Assembly: GCA_963812155.1 (NCBI GenBank)
Contig: CAWETW010000003.1
Location: 1 to 64,000, forward strand
Direction: 5' to 3'
Origin: Vulcanimicrobiota bacterium
GTDB lineage: Bacteria > Vulcanimicrobiota > Vulcanimicrobiia > Vulcanimicrobiales > Vulcanimicrobiaceae
Length of the DNA stretch: 64,000 nucleotides
Shown: piece by piece, positions 58,542 to 64,000 of the stretch
How the letters are laid out: each line of letters opens with the position of its first letter
Position numbering within the stretch: the first letter of the stretch is position 1
Program-made: the position numbers and the translations under genes
Notes under the pieces: model-generated
Told to the model about the DNA's origin: nothing
Database searches by the model: none
The model's input: the letters and a program-made list of their open reading frames with translations, nothing else

Positions 58542-59063
58542 ATGAATATCGCCGTCGGTGCCGATCACGCCGGCTTCGAATACAAAGACCGCATCGCGCG
58601 CGTTCTGCGCGACAAGGGGCACGACGTGCTCGATTTCGGCACGCACGATACGACGCCGGTCGACTATCCGCAATACGGCTACGCCGTCGGCGAAGCCGTC
58701 GCCAGCGGTCAAGCCGAACGCGGCATCGTCGTATGCGGCTCGAGCCTCGGGATCGCGATTGCGGCCAACAAGGTGCCCGGCATTCGCTGCGCGCCGGTTT
58801 CGGAACCCTACTCTGCCGAACTCGCCCGCCGCCATAACGACTGCAACGTCATGGCGTTTTCCGAGCGTCTCACCGGGTGGGAGATGATCGAACGCATGCT
58901 GGACCTTTTCTTGGAAACGCCGTTCGACGGCGGGCGCCACGCATATCGCGTCGAACAGCTTTTCGAGTTCGGAGATGCGCAGCGCGCACGGACGCTCAAA
59001 GATATCGAGCGAGGAGCCGTGACCGACGCGCAAACGCCGCCGAACCTCGCCGCCCAGCCCTAG
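58542..59063 (+). CDS. rpiB: Ribose 5-phosphate isomerase B
   Basis: [37 protein letters not shown]. Confidence 0.95.
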   Translation: MNIAVGADHAGFEYKDRIARVLRDKGHDVLDFGTHDTTPVDYPQYGYAVGEAVASGQAERGIVVCGSSLGIAIAANKVPGIRCAPVSEPYSAELARRHNDCNVMAFSERLTGWEMIERMLDLFLETPFDGGRHAYRVEQLFEFGDAQRARTLKDIERGAVTDAQTPPNLAAQP

Positions 59064-59073
59064 GAGTCGCGCC

Positions 59074-60321
59074 ATGGACGTGCTCGCACGCAGCCACATC
59101 GAAACCGAAGATCCGGAGATCTTTGCGGCAATCGCCGGCGAGGAGCGGCGCCAAATTCACAACCTCGAGCTCATCGCGTCGGAGAACTACGCAAGCGCCG
59201 CAGTTCGTGAAGCGATGGGTTGCGTCATGACCAACAAGTACGCCGAGGGGTATCCGGGTAAGCGTTACTACGGCGGATGCGAGTTCGTCGACGTCGCCGA
59301 ACGGCTGGCGATCGATCGTCTGAAGGCGCTCTTCGGCGCGGAGCACGCCAACGTACAGCCGCATTCGGGCGCGCAGGCCAACATGGCCGTCTTCATGGCG
59401 CATCTGCAGCCCGGCGACACGGTGCTCGGAATGTCGCTGGCGCACGGCGGGCACCTCACGCACGGTACGAAGGTCAGCTTCTCCGGAAAACTTTACAACG
59501 CCGTCGCGTACGGCGTGCGCCGCGACACCGAGCTGATCGACTTCGACGAAGTGCGGCGCCAGGCGCGCGAGCACCGCCCGAAGATGATCGTTGCCGGCGC
59601 TAGCGCGTATCCGCGCATCATGGAGTACGGGCCGTTCCGCGAGATTGCCGACGAGATCGGAGCGACGCTGCTGGTCGACATGGCTCACGTCGCCGGCCTG
59701 GTCGCGGCCGGCTTGCATCCGTCGCCCGTGGGCATCGCCGATTTTTCCACATCGACGACCCACAAGACGCTGCGGGGCCCGCGCGGCGGCATCGTTCTCT
59801 GCACGCAAGCGTGGGCGCAAGCGATCGACAAAAGCGTCTTTCCCGGCATTCAGGGCGGTCCGCTGATGCACGCCATTGCCGCAAAGGCCGTCGCCTTCAA
59901 CGAAGCGCTGCGGCCCGATTTCAAAACCTATCAGCAGAACGTCATCGACAACGCGCGCGCGATGGCCGAAGAGTTCGTGCGCGGCGGTCTGCGCCTGGTC
60001 GGCGGAGGAACCGACACGCATTTGCTCCTCGTCGACGTGTCCGTCAAAGGATTGACCGGCAAAGCGGTCGAGGCGTATCTCGACGAGATCGGCATCACGG
60101 TCAACAAAAATGCGATTCCTTTCGACGCTCAAAAACCGATGGTCGCCAGCGGCATCCGCATCGGCACCCCGGCGATCACGACGCGCGGTTTCGGCGTCGC
60201 CGACTGCGTCGAAGCGGCGCGCATCATCGTCGAGTCGCTCGGCGACGTGGAGACGCGCGAACGCATCCCCACCCTGGCAGGTCGCGTTCGCGAGCTGACC
60301 GGCGGCTTCGGCGTTCCGTAG
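59074..60321 (+). CDS. glyA: Serine hydroxymethyltransferase
   Basis: [40 protein letters not shown] (PLP Lys), FPGIQGGP. Confidence 0.98.
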   Translation: MDVLARSHIETEDPEIFAAIAGEERRQIHNLELIASENYASAAVREAMGCVMTNKYAEGYPGKRYYGGCEFVDVAERLAIDRLKALFGAEHANVQPHSGAQANMAVFMAHLQPGDTVLGMSLAHGGHLTHGTKVSFSGKLYNAVAYGVRRDTELIDFDEVRRQAREHRPKMIVAGASAYPRIMEYGPFREIADEIGATLLVDMAHVAGLVAAGLHPSPVGIADFSTSTTHKTLRGPRGGIVLCTQAWAQAIDKSVFPGIQGGPLMHAIAAKAVAFNEALRPDFKTYQQNVIDNARAMAEEFVRGGLRLVGGGTDTHLLLVDVSVKGLTGKAVEAYLDEIGITVNKNAIPFDAQKPMVASGIRIGTPAITTRGFGVADCVEAARIIVESLGDVETRERIPTLAGRVRELTGGFGVP

Positions 60322-60336
60322 GAGAGGGAGTTCCTA

Positions 60337-60774
60337 GTGCGGCCCGGATGGGACGAGTATTTCATGCAAATCGCGCAGACGGTGAGCACGCGATCGACCT
60401 GCCCGCGCGCCGCGGTCGGGTGCGTGCTGGTGCGAGATCACCGCATCCTGACGACCGGCTATAACGGCGCGCCGCGCGGCACCGCGCACTGCACCGACGT
60501 CGGATGCACGCTCGTCGGCGGCCATTGCGTCCGCGCCACCCACGCGGAAGCCAACGCGGTCGTGCAGGGCGCGCTGCACGGCGTAAGCCTGCAAGGCGCG
60601 ACGGCATACTGCACGCATCAGCCGTGCGTTCACTGCTCGAAACTGCTCATCAGCGCCGGCGCCGAAAAAATCGTGTACGGCGGAAGTTATCCCGACGAAG
60701 TTGCCGGACAGTTGCTGGCGGAGGCCGGCGTTGCGCTCGTCCGCTACGCCGCGCTCGAGGGCTCGCCCGCATGA
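60337..60774 (+). CDS. dCMP deaminase (ComEB-like)
   Basis: RPGWDEYF, RSTC, TGYNG, HAEANA, PCVHC zinc motif. Confidence 0.92.
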   Translation: MRPGWDEYFMQIAQTVSTRSTCPRAAVGCVLVRDHRILTTGYNGAPRGTAHCTDVGCTLVGGHCVRATHAEANAVVQGALHGVSLQGATAYCTHQPCVHCSKLLISAGAEKIVYGGSYPDEVAGQLLAEAGVALVRYAALEGSPA

Positions 60775-61859
60775 GCAGTTCGGGATGGACGGCGGCGGCG
60801 ATCTACTTCGTCACCTTCGGCATCGCGGTGCTCGTGACATCGGTTGCGACGCCGTTGATCCAGCGGCTCGCGACGCATCTCGGCGTGACCGACCGCGGCG
60901 AAGAAGAACGCCGGATGCATGCGGAGCCGAAGCCCCGAATCGGCGGCGTTGCGGTCTTCTTCGGGTTTGCCTGCGCGCTGTTCGCGGTGCTCGGCTTCGC
61001 GCTCGCATCGCCGTTTGCGCTGCTGCCCTCGGCGCTCCACGAAACGCACGTCAAGCAGATCGAGGTGCTCTCCGATCAGTTCGCCACGATCCACCAACTC
61101 GTCGGCTTGCTCTTCGGGGGATTGCTGATTCTGGGCGTCGGCATGTGGGACGACATCATGGGCATGCGCCCCCGCAACAAATTCGTCGCGCAAATTCTCG
61201 TGGCGGTCATATCGCTGTTCTACGGCTTCATCATTACCGGCGTTACCAATCCGTTCAATCAGAACCCCAATACGAATTGGATCGAGCTACCGCTCTGGGC
61301 CTCCGTTCCGCTCACGCTGCTGTGGTACGTCGGCATGATGAATGCGATCAACTTCATCGACGGCCTCGACGGGCTGCTGGCCGGCGTCACGGTGATTTCG
61401 AGCGTGTTCATTTTCGCGATATCCGTGCTGCACGCGAATCCGGTCGTCGCCCTGGTCGTCATCGCGCTCGCCGGCGCGGCGCTCGGATTCCTTCCCTATA
61501 ATTTCAATCCGGCGCGCATCATCTTGGGCGACGCCGGCTCGCTCTTCATCGGTTACGTCTTCGCCACCGTCTCGATCATCGGCGCGAGCAAACAGGCAAT
61601 CGCGATCAGCGTCGTCGTGCCGCTTGTCGTGCTGGCCCTGCCGGTCCTCGACACGGCGGCCGCGATCGTACGGCGCGCGATCGCGGGCAAGCGCATCACC
61701 GAAGCCGATCGCGGACACTTCCACCATCAACTGATTTTCCGTTTCGGATTGAACGTGCGCCAAGCCGTGCTGCTGATCTACGCCGTCTGCTTCGTGCTGG
61801 GCGCGGTCGCGCTCGCGCTTTCGGGCGAGTTCACGCACGTTTTCCGGCATACGAGCTGA
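60771..61859 (+). CDS. Undecaprenyl-phosphate GlcNAc-1-phosphate transferase (WecA/TagO, MraY family)
   Basis: PRIGG, WDD, NAINFIDGLDGL, YNFNPARIILGDAGS, DRGHFHH. Confidence 0.93.
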   Translation: MSSSGWTAAAIYFVTFGIAVLVTSVATPLIQRLATHLGVTDRGEEERRMHAEPKPRIGGVAVFFGFACALFAVLGFALASPFALLPSALHETHVKQIEVLSDQFATIHQLVGLLFGGLLILGVGMWDDIMGMRPRNKFVAQILVAVISLFYGFIITGVTNPFNQNPNTNWIELPLWASVPLTLLWYVGMMNAINFIDGLDGLLAGVTVISSVFIFAISVLHANPVVALVVIALAGAALGFLPYNFNPARIILGDAGSLFIGYVFATVSIIGASKQAIAISVVVPLVVLALPVLDTAAAIVRRAIAGKRITEADRGHFHHQLIFRFGLNVRQAVLLIYAVCFVLGAVALALSGEFTHVFRHTS

Positions 61860-61876
61860 GCGAGACCCACAGCGCC

Positions 61877-63052
61877 GTGGCACGTCTCCGCGTCATGACC
61901 GTGTTCGGAACCCGGCCAGATACGATCAAAATGGCCCCGGTCGTCCACGCGCTCGCGGCCGATCCGCAGATCGACGATCTCGTCTGCGTCACCGGCCAGC
62001 ATCGCCGCATGCTCGACGATCTGCTGGCGATCTTCAAGATCGAGCCGGACTTCGATCTCGACGTGATGACGAAGGATCAAACGCTGACCGAAATCACGAC
62101 GAGGGTCTTGACCGGAATGGAACCGGTGCTCGAACGCGCGCGCCCCGACGTGGTGCTCGTGCACGGCGATACCACCACCAGCACATCGGCGGCGCTGGCC
62201 GCGTTCTATCGTCAAATTCGGGTCGGTCACGTCGAAGCGGGGCTGCGCACCAGCGACCGATGGCTGCCGTATCCTGAAGAAATGAATCGGCGGCTGACCG
62301 GAACGATCGCCGCCTATCACTTTTCGCCGACCCGGCTGGCGCGCGAACACCTGCTCTGCGAAAACGTCGCAGCCGCCGACATCGTCGTCACCGGAAACAC
62401 GGTGATCGATGCCTTTTTGGAAACGGCCGTCCGCACCGACCTGTCCGCGCCGCCACGCTGGAGCGAACTCGACCCGAGCCGGCCGATCGTCGTCGTCACG
62501 GCGCATCGGCGCGAAAATCATGAGTTCATGCGGCCGATGGCCGAGGCGATGCGCGAGATTTCGGAGATGCCGGCCCGTCCGCAACTCTATTGGCCGGTTC
62601 ATCCCTCGCCGCGCGTCGCTCCGGTTGCGCACGAGGTGCTCGACGGCGTTCCGGGCGTCGTGCTGGTAGATCCGATCGATTACGCGCAGATGGTCTTTGC
62701 GGTTCGCGAGGCCACGTTCGTGCTGACCGATTCGGGCGGACTCCAAGAGGAAGCTCCGTGTTTGGGCAAACCGGTCCTCGTGATGCGCGAGGAAACCGAG
62801 CGCCCCGAGGGGCTCGAAGCAGGGACGCTCGAGCTTATCGGGCACCGGCCAGAGCGTATCGTCGCCGCGGCCGCCCGGCTGCTGAACGATCCGGTCGCGT
62901 ATGCGCGGATGTCGCGAGCCGTCAACCCCTACGGCGACGGGCGCGCCGCGGGACGCATCGTTGCGTGGCTTCTCGCGCGCCTGCGGGACGGTGATTACCC
63001 GGCGCCCTTCGACGGAACTCCGCCCGCCCACTCATCGGCCGCCGTCCCGTGA
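61877..63052 (+). CDS. wecB: UDP-N-acetylglucosamine 2-epimerase (non-hydrolysing)
   Basis: FGTRPD, TGQH, HGDT, HVEAGLR, PEEMNR, HRREN, DSGGLQEEAP, NPYGDG. Confidence 0.96.
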   Translation: MARLRVMTVFGTRPDTIKMAPVVHALAADPQIDDLVCVTGQHRRMLDDLLAIFKIEPDFDLDVMTKDQTLTEITTRVLTGMEPVLERARPDVVLVHGDTTTSTSAALAAFYRQIRVGHVEAGLRTSDRWLPYPEEMNRRLTGTIAAYHFSPTRLAREHLLCENVAAADIVVTGNTVIDAFLETAVRTDLSAPPRWSELDPSRPIVVVTAHRRENHEFMRPMAEAMREISEMPARPQLYWPVHPSPRVAPVAHEVLDGVPGVVLVDPIDYAQMVFAVREATFVLTDSGGLQEEAPCLGKPVLVMREETERPEGLEAGTLELIGHRPERIVAAAARLLNDPVAYARMSRAVNPYGDGRAAGRIVAWLLARLRDGDYPAPFDGTPPAHSSAAVP

Positions 63053-63234
63053 ACGCGCTCGTGCCGGTCATGGCCGCCGGCGCGACCTTCGCCGTGGCGA
63101 CGCTGCTCGGGGTGGTCGCCGGAGTCTGGCTGGGACGAATAACGGGGCAGCCGCTTTGGGTTCTCGGCGGCTTGGCCGCAGGGCTCGGACTCGGAGGGTA
63201 CTCGGCCGCACGGCTCCTTCTTCGATCGCTGTGA
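63049..63234 (+). CDS. AtpZ/AtpI-like small membrane protein
   Basis: 61 aa with two hydrophobic helices, positioned ahead of the atp operon. Confidence 0.7.
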   Translation: MNALVPVMAAGATFAVATLLGVVAGVWLGRITGQPLWVLGGLAAGLGLGGYSAARLLLRSL

Positions 63235-63662
63235 CCGCGAACCGCGGGCAGGACCCGCCCCCCCTCCGGCGTAGCTACAGCCGCGCCGAAGCGGAGGCGG
63301 ATCGTGCCAATCTTCTCGTCCTCAAGCGATCGTCGTCGTTTTGGAGCCTCGCCATCGTCGCGGTCGCAGGCCTGGCGGCCGTTCGTTGGCTCCCGCATCC
63401 CGCGTATGCGTTGTGGGCCGGGGGGATTTGCGGAGTCCTCAACTCGGTCTGGACGATGCGCAGCGGCGAACGGTTGCTGGAGAAACGCGGCGTCGGCGGG
63501 TTCGTCTTAAGTAGTTTCGTTCGAATCGGCCTGTTCGGTATAGTCCCGGTGGCGTTCGCCGCGTTGGGCCCATGGTGGTCGATGGGCTGGTATTTCGCGG
63601 GATTCTTCCTTCCGCTGGCGATGTTTGCGTTTGGCGCGTACCGCGTTTCCGGGACAAAATGA
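63231..63662 (+). CDS. ATP synthase protein I-like membrane protein
   Basis: Four hydrophobic segments directly upstream of atpB. Confidence 0.65.
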   Translation: MTANRGQDPPPLRRSYSRAEAEADRANLLVLKRSSSFWSLAIVAVAGLAAVRWLPHPAYALWAGGICGVLNSVWTMRSGERLLEKRGVGGFVLSSFVRIGLFGIVPVAFAALGPWWSMGWYFAGFFLPLAMFAFGAYRVSGTK

Positions 63663-63688
63663 GCGCAGGATCTGTGGTGGAGTAACCG

Positions 63689-64000
63689 TTGCAAGAAAAA
63701 ATCGGAGAGCACACGCTGTGGCAGCTCCCAGTGCTGGGGGCGGTGCACACGGATACGATCGTCACGACGTGGCTCGTGATGATCGTTTCGTTGGCGCTCT
63801 TCGGTTGGATCGGCGCGAGCTATCGATCGGCATATCAAATGAAGCGGCAAGTCGTCGTCGAGGGCATGGTCAACTACATCGCCGACCTCGCGACCAGCAC
63901 GTTAGGACCGCGCGGCGAGCCGTTCGTGCCGTTTTTCATCGCGCTCTTCATCTTCATTTTCTTGCTCAACCAGTTCGGCATGCTCCCGTTCAAGGCGCTC
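63689..64000 (+). CDS. atpB: F0F1 ATP synthase subunit a, 5' part
   Basis: TTG start after GGAG; HTDTIVTTWLVM...QVVVE...FVPFFIALFIFIFLLNQFGMLP. Confidence 0.9.
   Translation, partial: MQEKIGEHTLWQLPVLGAVHTDTIVTTWLVMIVSLALFGWIGASYRSAYQMKRQVVVEGMVNYIADLATSTLGPRGEPFVPFFIALFIFIFLLNQFGMLPFKAL

Noticed and set aside
58542..64000. rpiB-glyA-dCMP deaminase-wecA-wecB-atp gene order, with upp absent
   Set aside because: Well-known conserved arrangement in Firmicute-like genomes; loss of upp from it is unremarkable.

Overview
GC-rich bacterial chromosome segment. The gene repertoire suggests Candidatus Eremiobacterota (Vulcanimicrobiota); this is an inference from Firmicute-like gene orders (fabF-rnc-smc; rpiB-glyA-dCMP deaminase-wecA-wecB-atp), ADP-heptose/LPS-core genes, three phospholipase C-like paralogues, and Gloeo/Verruco- and NHL-repeat lipoproteins. 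0.3-21.7 kb is a surface-glycan locus: PIG-L deacetylase, separated wzt and wzm, GT2-GT4 fusions, a GT-C-like membrane protein, a SAM methyltransferase, rmlA/rmlB-like genes and a GMC oxidoreductase. Nearly every gene in the first ~15.6 kb is broken by single-base indels that look like long-read consensus errors. The rest is mostly core genes: fabF, rnc, smc, purH, hisS-accB-LPS core cluster-aspS, udg, an MFS transporter, trmL, a putative D-Glu/peptide operon, 6S RNA, rpiB, glyA, wecB and the start of the atp operon. Main observations: (1) one beta-sandwich-like domain ending in DxRxL/VG is reused four times in the glycan locus (Wzt C-terminus, methyltransferase C-terminus, two tandem lipoproteins); (2) an HExxH peptidase / enolase-family epimerase / DUF1611 / peptide-binding protein / C39-like peptidase operon; (3) a DUF318-DUF1980 single-chain fusion; (4) 21-bp-phased direct repeats upstream of one PLC gene; (5) a REP-like hairpin element; (6) an unannotated 6S RNA overlapping a degenerate TIM-barrel gene. 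No CRISPR array, tRNA, rRNA or transposase was seen.
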